64,000 bases of DNA from Octopus bimaculoides (Eukaryota): positions 58,600,385 through 58,664,384 of the forward strand of contig NC_068985.1 of the NCBI RefSeq assembly GCF_001194135.2. Direction: 5' to 3'. A program made the position numbers and the translations under genes. Within the stretch, counting starts at the first letter, position 1. The number at the start of each line of letters is the position of its first letter. The notes under the pieces are model-generated. The model made no database searches. It saw only the letters and a list, made by a program, of their open reading frames with translations, and was not told the DNA's origin. Positions 38,173 through 51,640 of this stretch are shown here, piece after piece.

Positions 38173-39856
38173 CTGGTATAATATATATGTATAAAATTAT
38201 TTATGAAGATTGACGTAACCCTTCACGTAGAAGCATAAACAATAAGTCTCTTTTATTAATATTAGTTGTTATTATTATTGCTANNNNNNNNNNGTATGTA
38301 TATAGATATATTCAGTATTGAGTAAAAGCCTAAGGTCAGGCGTTCTGTGAAGTCGGGACAATTCTAGAGACGCATTCGACACGAATACTGCGCTTCAGTG
38401 TCCAAGCTGAAGCTGGAATACTTGAGGTATAGAAACTTCAAGTTTCACGATGTAGGCATACAGGTACACGAATGATAACATACGAATGATAACGTATAAT
38501 AGATTTGTGTTTGATTCTTCGTGCATGATAAACTAATTTGAGCGTTTATGTTTTTGCAGATATTCAAACACAATTTTTAATACTAGGTTTTCTTAAATTA
38601 TTCAGTACGAATGAAAATGATGGCTATGCAGTGTATTTGGAAATATAACTATGGAACAAATTATAAAACTAACAATATAGAGAGGTTCTGTAAACATATA
38701 TTGTAACTTTAAAAAAGTAGATTTCTTAATGAGGTTAACCTTTTGCACATGATTTAGTATATATTTAAATATTTGTATATATATATANNNNNNNNNNNNN
38801 NNNNNNNNNNNNNNNNNNNNNNNNNNNNNNNNNNNNNNNNNNNNNNNNNNNNNNNNNNNNNNNNNNNNNNNNNNNNNNNNNNNNNNNNNNNNNNNNNNNN
38901 NNNNNNNNNNNNNNNNNNNNNNNNNNNNNNNNNNNNNNNNNNNNNNNNNNNNNNNNNNNNNNNNNNNNNNNNNNNNNNNNNNNNNNNNNNNNNNNNNNNN
39001 NNNNNNNNNNNNNNNNNNNNNNNNNNNNNNNNNNNNNNNNNNNNNNNNNNNNNNNNNNNNNNNNNNNNNNNNNNNNNNNNNNNNNNNNNNNNNNNNNNNN
39101 NNNNNNNNNNNNNNNNNNNNNNNNNNNNNNNNNNNNNNNNNNNNNNNNNNNNNNNNNNNNNNNNNNNNNNNNNNNNNNNNNNNNNNNNNNNNNNNNNNNN
39201 NNNNNNNNNNNNNNNNNNNNNNNNNNNNNNNNNNNNNNNNNNNNNNNNNNNNNNNNNNNNNNNNNNNNNNNNNNNNNNNNNNNNNNNNNNNNNNNNNNNN
39301 NNNNNNNNNNNNNNNNNNNNNNNNNNNNNNNNNNNNNNNNNNNNNNNNNNNNNNNNNNNNNNNNNNNNNNNNNNNNNNNNNNNNNNNNNNNNNNNNNNNN
39401 NNNNNNNNNNNNNNNNNNNNNNNNNNNNNNNNNNNNNNNNNNNNNNNNNNNNNNNNNNNNNNNNNNNNNNNNNNNNNNNNNNNNNNNNNNNNNNNNNNNN
39501 NNNNNNNNNNNNNNNNNNNNNNNNNNNNNNNNNNNNNNNNNNNNNNNNNNNNNNNNNNNNNNNNNNNNNNNNNNNNNNNNNNNNNNNNNNNNNNNNNNNN
39601 NNNNNNNNNNNNNNNNNNNNNNNNNNNNNNNNNNNNNNNNNNNNNNNNNNNNNNNNNNNNNNNNNNNNNNNNNNNNNNNNNNNNNNNNNNNNNNNNNNNN
39701 NNNNNNNNNNNNNNNNNNNNNNNNNNNNNNNNNNNNNNNNNNNNNNNNNNNNNNNNNNNNNNNNNNNNNNNNNNNNNNNNNNNNNNTATTATTATTTTAT
39801 GTTTGACTTTTGCTTTGCATTTGTACAAGTTGTATCCAAGTCTCACCCAGATACCT

Positions 39857-39857
39857 C

Positions 39858-39920
<63 letters not shown>
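39857..39920. repeat. (GTA)n microsatellite
   Basis: Seen directly in sequence. Confidence 0.95.
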
Positions 39921-39921
<1 letters not shown>

Positions 39922-40117
39922 CAGCAATAGTAGCAGAAGAAGAAGAAGCAGCAGGAACAGCAAGAGCAGCAGTAGTTGTAATAATATTAGCAGTATTATA
40001 TAATATTTGAAAATTAATCCATCAGCAGTTGCAGATACCTATTTTAAATAAATTGTTTTTTCCATATATCTCGATACATCTCTCCCAGAACAGTACGCAA
40101 CTATCCATACACACACA

Positions 40118-40178
<61 letters not shown>

Positions 40179-40202
40179 ACACACACACATATACACACAT
40201 GC

Positions 40203-40241
<39 letters not shown>

Positions 40242-40645
40242 TGATTAATTATTTGGACTTGGGGTATATGTTTAGTAGTATGTTATTAAAGCACTTAAAC
40301 TGCTTTAGGCTACCTAATGTCATCCATGATTATGATATAATTGTGAATGGATCTACGTCAGCGGTTGCGCAGTATCCGTTAAGTTTGTAATTAATGAGCG
40401 GGGCGGAAAATGTAATTAGCAATAATCGTTGTTCAACACAACGATAATTTCCACTCATCCTGCATCTGTCCCTTAGCTAGTTTTATTGCATCCATCAGTG
40501 CAGGCTGCTTCCCGTTAGGTGTCATGTTTTGAATTAGATACTTCACTAAATGTACTGAGTTTTGCTTGACATGTTGTGGTCCCCTATGGGTTGTTGTGTT
40601 AAATAAAATTTCATGCTAGGTCCATTTTCCGTTTCCCACGTTCAT

Positions 40646-40705
<60 letters not shown>

Positions 40706-40706
<1 letters not shown>

Positions 40707-41140
40707 CGTATTTTATCTCCTATAAGACATACGAGTGCATAGGACGCATCCTAGCCTAGGGTATACTTTTGTAAAATAAATTACCACAAAAATAACGTTT
40801 TAATTCTTCCACTTACCTGTATACATTTATGTTATTACCTGTAAATATAAGCAATTTATTGCATCCACTTTCGATATAAACATACAGTAGGCGCTTGTTC
40901 ACCAATATCCGTGAGGATATTATCTACTCAATTCCTTAACTCTTGTATTTTATTCGCATACCTGGTTACGTACTGTGAAATATAAAATAATTCTTTTCTG
41001 TTTATCGTACTTCGGTACGAAAAAATCCACAATCTTCCACCTCAGTAAACAACTAATGATTCTTGAAGTTGTTCCTTTATATTTTCTACGGATTGCTTGG
41101 AGCTCACCTTCTTCCTATACCTCCAGCCTTGGAGCTTACA
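40706..41140 (+). mobile_element. pogo/Tigger-like DNA transposon terminus
   Basis: TA|CCGTATTTTATCTCCTATAAGAC followed by a repeated (T)A(G/A)GACGCA-like motif typical of pogo-family TIRs. The other end was not found. Confidence 0.55.
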
Positions 41141-41483
41141 GATATATATATATATATACATATATNNNNNNNNNNNNNNNNNNNNNNNNNNNNNNNNNNN
41201 NNNNNNNNNNNNNNNNNNNNNNNNNNNNNNNNNNNNNNNNNNNNNNNNNNNNNNNNNNNNNNNNNNNNNNNNNNNNNNNNNNNNNNNNNNNNNNNNNNNN
41301 NNNNNNNNNNNNNNNNNNNNNNNNNNNNNNNNNNNNNNNNNNNNNNNNNNNNNNNNNNNNNNNNNNNNNNNNNNNNNNNNNNNNTATATATATATACAGA
41401 GAGAGAGGGGGCGGGGGAGAGATGCATGTCTATCGATGGATACTGGATATACAGATATAAATATAAATACCCATACATATTTA

Positions 41484-42630
41484 CGCGGTGAGGCTGACGG
41501 CTTCATAAGCTGACTACGAATATATGATGCTAGAGCTGTGAAATCTTGCATGTATAAGATTCAACAACTGCATTTTTTTTCCCTGGGAAACTGGTATCTT
41601 ACTGTTCAAAACTAACTAGTAGCGGTTTCTCTTGAAAATGGACAAAATCTATCACCTTGGTGTTATCAGGTACCTCCAGATATAATGTTTTAGCACCCAA
41701 CGTCATTCACACTACCATGGTTACTACCTTAGTAGATGACGCTCTAGCTTTATAGTCAGTTCAAATCTGAAGGGGAAAGGGAGAGTCTTAAAGATCATCT
41801 GACGTCAGAAGTCCAATATCTGCTATCTCCAAAGGAAACATTGATCGTATTCAACACATGCTGATGGATGTCTGACGCATACGAAATTCTATTTGCGTAT
41901 TCGGTGAAAGAGTTGAGAATATTCTGCTTAGTGAACTTGGCATGAAGAACATTTCTTCTCGGTGGGTGCCACGTCTTCTGACATCTGATCAGAATCGAAC
42001 CAAGCTGATCACATCACGGGAATATGTGACTTTGTATGTAGTAGATCTAGTTGGTTTCATTGAACGTTTTCTAACCCAGGATGAGTGTTGTTTTCATTAC
42101 TTTGAGCCAGAGAAAAAGAGACATCTATACAATTTAAACACCTCTCGTCGCCTGCTTTAAAGAAGGCTCAGGTCGTTTTATGTGCCAGGAAGGTGATGGC
42201 GACAGCGTTTTGTGATGCAAAAGGAATTGCGTTTATTAACTTTGTTCAAAAGGGTCACACCATCAATGGAGATTACTGTGCCAAAAGGCTGAGGCAGTTA
42301 CGACATATCAAGATCAAACACCTTGAAAAGCTAACGAAAGGAGTCCTGTTTTATCAGGACAATGCTCCAGCACACATGATCTTGGTATCAATGGCTACTG
42401 TACGTAACTGTGGCTTTGAACTAGTTGATCACCCACCCTATTCTTCTGATTTGGCCCCATCTGACTACCATCTGTTTCCAGAAATGAAACAACACTTGAC
42501 TGGGAACCAGTAGCGCAGTAATGATGATTTAATATTAGCGGTTAATGACTTTTTCAACCAACTGGATTAAAACTCCGTCACCAATGAAATCCAAACACAA
42601 CAACGATGGAAGAAGTGTGTGGGTTAAAGA
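41484..42630 (+). mobile_element. mariner DNA transposon (DD34D), decayed, right TIR missing
   Basis: TA|CGCGGTGAGGCTGACGGCTTCATAAGCTGAC terminus; ISSRWVPRLLT; RFLTQDE; QDNAPAH...HPPYSSDLAPSDY with 34 residues between the second and third D (counted). Stops and frameshifts present. Confidence 0.93.
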
Positions 42631-42856
42631 TAGAATTCCATCTTTAATCTCCATTTTGTCAACACACCAAATGTAAAATTCTTCCCTGAGGATTATTTTG
42701 GACCACCAAATCCATACAAACAGCTGTTGGACTCGCTAAACTCTTACACAAATCCCTTAATTCCTAATATCATTTCCAGTCTGTGTAAGTCGAACATCTT
42801 TTATATGTATACATACGTACATTTTTGTATTAAATGTTTTTTTTTTATTTGTATAT

Positions 42857-43076
42857 GAAAGGCGGCGAGCTGGCCGAAACGTTAACATGCCGGGCGAAAT
42901 TCTTAGCGGTATTTCGCCCGTCTTTACGTTGTGAATTCAAATTCCACCGAGGTCGACTTTGCCTTTTATCCTTTCGGGGTCGATAAAATTAAGCACCAAT
43001 TGCCTACTGGGGTCGATCTAATCGACTGCCCCCTTCCTCAAAAATTTGGGTTATGTGTCTAGATTAGAAAGGAATA
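42857..43076 (+). mobile_element. Near full-length family 1 SINE
   Basis: ggcggcgagctggccgaaacgtt...ttcaaattccaccgaggtcgactttgcc; TTTGTATAT on both flanks (42848-56 and 43080-88) as a candidate TSD. Confidence 0.9.
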
Positions 43077-43648
43077 TTTTTTGTATATCGACTTGCCTAT
43101 CTTGCTTGTCCTTACATTTACTCCATCTGTTCAAGTTCAAATCACTTTGGCACTATATGAAGTGCATTCTATGCAGAGAATACTTGTCTCTAATCTATAA
43201 ACTTTATATATACATATACATGGACATATATTCAAATATATACAGTATATACTCGAAACATAAAATACTTTCTCACCTACCTAAGCGTCAAAATAATACA
43301 CCTGTTTGTTGTTTATACACCTGTCTTCGTCTTTTGTTTTTCTGTAAATTTCAGCTATACAAATATATGTTTGTACAGTAGTGGTAGTTCTGATAGACAA
43401 GTTCCCACTTTGCGTATTTTATTGTCTGTATTTTTATTTCTTTTTATCCTTTGTATTCTGTCTAATATAGTTATATATAGAGCTACAAAGACATATCAGT
43501 AATGGAATAATTCCATTAAATTTTTACATGAACCTCATTATCATTTTATAATGATAATTAGGAAATATACATATATAATATATAGATATATAGATATATT
43601 ATTATATAACAATAATGGTGGATATATACATAATGCATAAATTTTATA

Positions 43649-43705
<57 letters not shown>

Positions 43706-44301
43706 CATTATTACCATTATTATTATTCGTTTATTGCAATTTAAATTCCAACCAATTGAAACATCACTTCCGTCAATCACAAGTAAAAATTGGAAAATTT
43801 TATGATATATTCAGTGAAAAATATAATTTGCTGAGAAAAGTTTTGGAAAATATATTCTGTGCTAAGAGAAATTAAACGTTGGGAGCTTACTAAACTATGT
43901 TAACATTATGTTTTCTCTTCTCTTTCATCGATATAACATCTCTTAGCAAATTCTTCAATGTAGTTTATAAAGTGTAAATTACCCGAATATTTTACTTTCT
44001 ATGATGTATACATGTTACTCCTGCCATTGAACAGTCTTTATGATTCTTGCATCACCAGTTCAGCATTTGCTATGAAATCATGCAGTTTAAGGGTTTAAAA
44101 TATGAAAGAAAATTAACTAGGATTGACGACAGTGAGATCCCAATCGTTCATAAACAGAAAATAGTGAACAGATGAAATCTCTTAATTAATTAAACGAAAT
44201 TTTCTCATTATGCAGCTTCAAAAGCAACCTACTTTCACAGTTGCTTCGAGAGATATCGAGGTGATTCATCATGTGTATCGTGTAACAGGGCATAGGGATC
44301 A

Positions 44302-46207
44302 TCTATATTAATAAAAGCAAAATTCTGCCTGTCCATCTGTCCGGGACCCCAGTATCTCAATTTTCATTTGCTCTATATAGATATATTATACCTTTTAAGA
44401 ATCAGGATGGTCCCAGGATTAAAAATTTGACCTTCATTTAGTTGTTAAACATCCAGCATTGGGCTCTGATTTAAAAGCATTTGGGTTGCTATTTCTAGCA
44501 GGTAAAGCGACTGTGAGAGGTCTCAAGGCCATAGTATTAGTGAGAAAGGTGAACAAAAGTTACCCCACTTAGCTTAGTTTTGGTAAGGAATTTAGTAGTT
44601 CTTTTATCCTTTTCAGTTATCAGAATTTAATCGAACAAATCGACACCAGTTCTTTCTTTTTTATGCCTAGTACTTATTTTATTGGCCTCTCTTACTCAAC
44701 TGCAAAGTTACGTGAACTTAAACACACCAACATCAGTTATGGAAAGGAAGTGGGGGACAAACATAAATACAGAGTCATAATATACATATATATATATATA
44801 TATATATANNNNNNNNNNNNNNNNNNNNNNNNNNNNNNNNNNNNNNNNNNNNNNNNNNNNNNNNNNNNNNNNNNNNNNNNNNNNNNNNNNNNNNNNNNNN
44901 NNNNNNNNNNNNNNNNNNNNNNNNNNNNNNNNNNNNNNNNNNNNNNNNNNNNNNNNNNNNNNNNNNNNNNNNNNNNNNNNNNNNNNNNNNNNNNNNNNNN
45001 NNNNNNNNNNNNNNNNNNNNNNNNNNNNNNNNNNNNNNNNNNNNNNNNNNNNNNNNNNNNNNNNNNNNNNNNNNNNNNNNNNNNNNNNNNNNNNNNNNNN
45101 NNNNNNNNNNNNNNNNNNNNNNNNNNNNNNNNNNNNNNNNNNNNNNNNNNNNNNNNNNNNNNNNNNNNNNNNNNNNNNNNNNNNNNNNNNNNNNNNNNNN
45201 NNNNNNNNNNNNNNNNNNNNNNNNNNNNNNNNNNNNNNNNNNNNNNNNNNNNNNNNNNNNNNNNNNNNNNNNNNNNNNNNNNNNNNNNNNNNNNNNNNNN
45301 NNNNNNNNNNNNNNNNNNNNNNNNNNNNNNNNNNNNNNNNNNNNNNNNNNNNNNNNNNNNNNNNNNNNNNNNNNNNNNNNNNNNNNNNNNNNNNNNNNNN
45401 NNNNNNNNNNNNNNNNNNNNNNNNNNNNNNNNNNNNNNNNNNNNNNNNNNNNNNNNNNNNNNNNNNNNNNNNNNNNNNNNNNNNNNNNNNNNNNNNNNNN
45501 NNNNNNNNNNNNNNNNNNNNNNNNNNNNNNNNNNNNNNNNNNNNNNNNNNNNNNNNNNNNNNNNNACTGAGTTTCTTAACTCTTGGGATCTTCCTGGAAT
45601 ATCTTCTCACACAATGACATTGTGCTAAAGTATTTCATTCATGCTTTTGAGAAATCTAGATCCCCCAAAGTTGTGTGATGGAACAAAGTTGATTGTCAGA
45701 CAAATACATCCACATCTTTTGGGAGCAACAATCCTCACTGGACATTAAAAAGGTAACAAATGTGTTTACTCCAAAACTTCCATTGATTCCAGAAGGAATA
45801 CCCTTTAAATTCAAGAGACTTTAAATTCCAACAAGAGTTAGTTTTGCAATATCAAGGACACTCACTGAAACTTGTTCGACCTCACAACATGCAGTACTGC
45901 TTTTCCCATGGTCAGCTAGATATTGGTTGTTCCAGTGGTGGAAATGGCAGCAATATTTTCATGCTCACACCAAATGGTAAATCCCCAAATATTGTTTATC
46001 CTGTTGCTTTACAATTGTCTTCAAATGTCACAGTGACACAAAATTCTCCAAATATGATACTCTGTGATATAAATCTGAGATGGTAGGATACCAATAAATG
46101 TTTCATTATAATTTGCTCTTTCAGTTTTGAGCCGCAGGACCAATTAGCTCTCAGCAGGAGTTAGCTTAGAAGTCCGCACTGAGTGCAGCTTTTAAGCGAC
46201 TATCTCG
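44302..46207 (+). mobile_element. Helitron with a decayed Pif1-type helicase C-terminus
   Basis: 5' A|TCTATATTAATAAAAG. 45566-46017 translates EFLNS.DLPG, MLLRNLDPPKLCDGT.LIV, PLIP...PFKFKRL, QGHSL, FSHGQL.IGCS, NIVYP, which are the Helitron helicase motifs. A family 2 SINE fragment (about 44590-44790) and a gap (44809-45565) lie inside. Confidence 0.85.
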
Positions 46208-46650
46208 TATACTGATCTTCTTAATACAATAGAATTTGTAACTGCCACCTATGTTTCCAGCCATACAGATTTGTAGCAGCACTGAATAGCCATTTGAAAG
46301 GTCATAGACGCAATGTCAGAAATATTTATGTGCGTGCGTGTATATGTATGTATGTACACACACGCACTTATATTTATACACGTATGCACATATTTGTATA
46401 TGTATATGTATATATGTATGTATNNNNNNNNNNNNNNNNNNNNNNNNNNNNNNNNNNNNNNNNNNNNNNNNNNNNNNNNNNNNNNNNNNNNNNNNNNNNN
46501 NNNNNNNNNNNNNNNNNNNNNNNNNNNNNNNNNNNNNNNNNNNNNNNNNNNNNNNNNNNNNNNNNNNNNNNNNNNNNNNNNNNNNNNNNNNNNNNNNNNN
46601 NNNNNNNNNNNNNNNNNNNNNNNNNNNNNNNNNNNNNNNNNNNNNNNNNN

Positions 46651-46683
<33 letters not shown>

Positions 46684-46795
46684 TAAGTACCAGTTAAACA
46701 CTGGTGTCGACGTAATCACTCATGCCAACATTTGAGTACTTACAAACTCACATGCAAACACACACTAACATATATACAAGACCACATGTACTCAA

Positions 46796-46856
<61 letters not shown>

Positions 46857-47395
46857 CATAAAGGGAGAGGGAGAGAGAATTGATCCATCTACATAGGCGT
46901 GGCTGTGTGGTAAAAAGTTTGTTTCCCAACCAACTGCTTCCGGTAGAACGTTGGGCAAGTACTTTCTACTATACTCTCGGGCCGACAAGGCGTTGTTGAA
47001 GCATGGCTGCAGTTAAATCTGTTTGGCTCTCTGTCTATCTGTCTGAGCTGGTACATATGTATGTATGTATGTATGCATGCGCGTGCGTGATTTGGTAGGT
47101 AAGAATGTGTGTATTCAATAGAAAAGACATGAAATACTGACAAGCTAGATATTAATATTTAGAAGAAAAAGATTATGTTAATTTTTTTTTCTACAAGTTA
47201 ATTTGTACTGTGCTAAAAACGTTTTGTCTAAACCTTGAGATTAATGTTAAATTGTTTTTAGGGATAACTTTATAAGAAACAATGTTTAAGGCATGCGTGT
47301 GTGTGTGTGTAGTTGTGCGCGTGCGTGTGTGTGCCTGTGTCTGTGTCTAAATCCACGTGTCCAACCATATGTATATAAACATATACATATATATT

Positions 47396-47440
<45 letters not shown>

Positions 47441-47441
<1 letters not shown>

Positions 47442-47838
47442 GGCGTAGGAGTGGTTGTGTGGTAAGTTTAAGTTGCTTCCTTACGAAACACGTGGTTACA
47501 GGTTCAGTCTCACTGCGTGACACCTTGTTCAAGTGTCTTCTACTATAGCCTCGTGAGTGGATTTGGTAGACGGAAACTGAAAGAAGCCCGTTGTATATAT
47601 GTATATATATATATGTAGATGTATGTGTGTATATGTTTGCGTGTTTGTGTTCGTCCCCACAACATCGCTTAACAACCGATGCTGGTGTATTTACCTCTCT
47701 GTAACTTAGCGGTTCGGCAAAAGATAGAATAAGTACTAGTCTTACAAAGAATAAGTCCTGGGGCCGATTTGTTCGACTAAAGGCGGTGCTCCAGCATGGT
47801 CACAGTCAAATGGCTGAAACAAGTAAAAGAGTAAAATA
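47441..47838 (+). mobile_element. Near full-length family 2 tRNA-derived SINE
   Basis: ggcgtaggagtggttgtgtgg (A box), caggttcagtc (B box), internal (TA/TG)n, ggtgctccagcatgg...gaaacaagtaaaagagtaaa tail. Partial copies at 46880-46995, 48660-48825, 56490-56700 (-) and 61940-62055. Confidence 0.9.
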
Positions 47839-47848
47839 GTATATATAT

Positions 47849-47922
<74 letters not shown>

Positions 47923-50900
47923 TCACACACACACACAGCTTTGGTCTTTTATCTCATTACGAAAAGTAAATCTTTATATACATATATATATATATATATA
48001 TATAATATATATATAACCACATGGGAATCGTTGTCGATATTTTTACTCTGTCTTCCTTTTCTATTGGACTTTCCATATGTTTCTGAAGATCTTTGCTCGT
48101 AACGTAAAACCAACTTTCTTTCCTCCCGTAAGTGTCTGCTAATACTTAACATGTACCATGTCCTCGCGTTGTAGCATTTTTTGTGTTTGTTCTTTTTTTT
48201 TTGGGGGGGGGGGGGATTTACTATACTTACACACACACATATATATATATATATATGTTTGCATATATGCATTTATGCATAGTTTTATGCAAAGTTGAGT
48301 GAGGCTGAAGCTAAATGCCTGTGAATTGTTATAGGAAGTTTATTATTGAGCTGGTACCTGTTAAGTAAAAATAAAAGTATGAACAGACGCGCGACTGACA
48401 ACCGTATCGATTATGGCCTTTATATATTTTAAAGCTATTGCTCAGTTGACACAATAGAGTAGATCATAAGATATAAAGTAAGGTGGGTAGCAGATGATCT
48501 CTTACAGCTGTTTCAAGAATATATGTCTTTATGGATCACTTTCCTACAAGCGAAGATACGCTGTCCAAATTGTTGCCGCCGTCGTTTCCAGTTTCGTCGA
48601 GAGAACGAAGTAGATCATTAGTAGAGGCCGTTAGTGGCGATCAGTTCCATAATATTTAACATCGTTTCATAACTATTGGTGGTGTGTTTACACACACATA
48701 ACGTAAGCGGCTCGACAATGGTGACGATAGAATAAGTACCAGTCTTTTAACAACTAGAATGTTTCAAGCTGGGGCTCCAGCATGGCCGCAGTCTAATGAC
48801 TGAAACAAGTAAAAGATAAAGCGTACATATACAGATACGTATTTTCATATAAATATATAAACATATACACGTATACATATATACATACACACACATACAT
48901 ACACGTGCATACATAAATATATCCATACAATCATGCATACCTACATTCATTTATATAAATATACAGGTGTGTGTATATATATATGCATCATTTTAATTAT
49001 GTTTGATTTGTTTTTAGCTCACACCTGATAAGTACGCATATGCACACTTTATTCATGTATGTATGTGTGTATATTTTGTAGCAGATGCATTTTGTATGAG
49101 TATTGTGTATGGGTTTAATGTCTTTGTATGTTTGCTTGAGTGTATGTTTGCTTGAGTGTATGTTTGCTTGAGTGTATGTGTGCATATATAAAAAGTTAGT
49201 ATATGGCTTTATACTTCTTAGCTGTAGACAGAACGGCGACACCGACTAATGAAGACGTGGCATGTGAAAAAACTCATAAATATCCAAACGTTTCATATTG
49301 AATTCTGTCATATGCACGAGCTCTCAGATTTCTAATGTCGAACAAGCGTCTAACCTACCCCTGTATTTATCCTCTAATTTATGAAATTATGAAAGTTGAG
49401 TCACAAACAGAAATTTTCACTTTAAATTAGATAAAATATAATATACGTCATTGATTTGTAGTTGAACATTTAGAGACTCTTCGATAAATTTTGTACTTAT
49501 AAGCCTACAGTGTCTCGGGTAATTACATTAATTTTATTCTATTTCAGAACTTTGTTCTCTGTATTTCATTTGTTGTAAATAAAAGCAAATTTATAGCAAA
49601 TGAAACTCCGTCGGTTTCGACGCTGATTGTACCGATTGCTATTTCAAAGAATCAACTTAGGTATTTGATGTTGCATATCTGTTGAATACTCGAACATAAG
49701 TGTTTCCTTAATCTTAGGCAGGAGTCATGGTGACAGGATCTTTCAAAGCTAGTCTTTGTATTCAAAAGTCCAATTCATACGACAGGCTTTTTGCTCAAAT
49801 AGCTGGGCTTGATCCGAGGGCGATATGAAAATAGCAAAATGAAGTTATTAGCAATTTGTCCATGCCTGTATCAATCATCATTAATAAATAGCACTAACTA
49901 ACATTGTTATTATTATTCATAACGAATCACGTAACGCTCTTTTGTTATTAAGTATCTAAAAGTTACTACGAAACTTTGTTATTGGCAGGAAAAACACCTG
50001 ATAATACTTGACCATTCTTTAGACAAAGAACTCTCAACCAAATTGTTGTTTCTTTAGACTATTATGGAAATACACACTTTTCTTTGGATACAAAGCTCAT
50101 TCACACACTAATAAGATTTGTTTCTTTGCCAAAAGATTCTATAAATATGTCTCTATTGAAATTATGAAGTACTTAAAATAATACCTCAGAAAATGTATTA
50201 ACAGAAAGACCAATATGAAGAAAAACAGTTTCATGCAAAATGGCATGAGACATTTATTTTAAAAGAATATTTCTAAGATGTTGTTACAGTAGTGGTTCAT
50301 TATTTCACTTCAGTTCTTAAATGATTGTTTAAAGATGAAATAATGAAAAGGAAAGAAAATATATATAGCTTATGTAGAGAATAAGTAGACTGAATGTAGC
50401 ACTTATGTGCAGGGTATTAACGGTATATGTAGATTTTATACCGGATTATATCAGAAATTTATTTGATAGAAATGATGGAAAATTAATATTTACTTCTTAG
50501 AGCATGACAGTGACTTCAAAGGTTGTGGTTAGTAGCCACCATCACGTTCTCTTTTCCCTCATATGAGTATATATCCATACATGAACGTAGCCGAAACTCT
50601 GAAGTTTCCTTCTAAATATTACCAAATACATTACTCAAACAAGTGTTGTTTATGTATAACTTACGTAAATTTACATAAAAATAAACATTGTGGGCCTGTA
50701 CATGTGTCTGTCTCTATATATTTAAGTATGTATAATCCTTCGACTTTCGTGAATGCTTTCTACTGCAAGTGAGCTTATTGTTATTGTATCTCTTACTGGC
50801 ACAGCCTGAACTGATTAAAGGCTTCAGATTCTTCATTTATTAGTTTTTAATATAGTGCAGAATAATAGGGCTGGCTCAGAGCAATTCAGCCCTTTAAATC

Positions 50901-51269
50901 GACGCTTAATCGTTTTTATTCTGACCAATACAATCGGTCAAACACTTATCGATGAAACAGCGAAACCAAATTATGAATAGAAACTAATCGTTTCAGCGCA
51001 CAATTTCAAAGAACATTTAATTATATTTGTTTGTTATTGCATTAAGTAACAATTAAGCACATTTACGATATCTGTACATTGGCTTTGGTTGCTGCAATAA
51101 GCATGGTGAACTGGTCATCAAGTACTGATATAATTGAACCGATTTTGAGCCATTGACAATCTCTAGACAAGCGTCGATTAAGTAGTATATATATCAGGAT
51201 ACTGTAAAACAACTAAACGAAAACAATAGGATTCTAGTGTAAATTAAAAGTAATGATGGAATTAACACA

Positions 51270-51640
51270 TAGATGTGAAAGATGTGTTTCACCTCAATAC
51301 AGCAAGGTCTCTTTCCCCCCATTAACTTCCGTAGATCGTCAATTTTAAGTTGTGTTTTTCTAACTTTAATATAAATAGAGTTGAATGGTGTTCGTCCTCT
51401 ATCTCGGTGCGCATGGCTCCTAAACATAACACGTGATAAGTATTGTTGTTTAATATGAGGTCGGTGGCCAGCAAAACTTATCCTGCTTTGAACAATAATA
51501 GTAGAGATGGGTGGAAGGACATCATAAATCATCTCCTTTGTTTTGTACTCATGACATGAGATGTTTTGAGCCATCATAAAGATCTCGATGTATGTAGCGT
51601 AAAGGTACAGTTCAATATCACTTGTCACAGTCAAGATATT
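51270..51640 (-). mobile_element. RTE-X-like LINE 3' fragment
   Basis: MAQNISCHEYKTKEMIYDVLPPISTIIVQSRISFAGH...RGRTP resembles the conserved post-RT region ALNISW..H.TN.ELYG.LP.IS..I..RRL.FAGH. Confidence 0.7.

Noticed and set aside
49245-49300. CTAATGAAGACGTGGCATGTGAAAA as a hammerhead relic
   Set aside because: The core is mutated and I found no convincing helix III or helix I; too weak to call.
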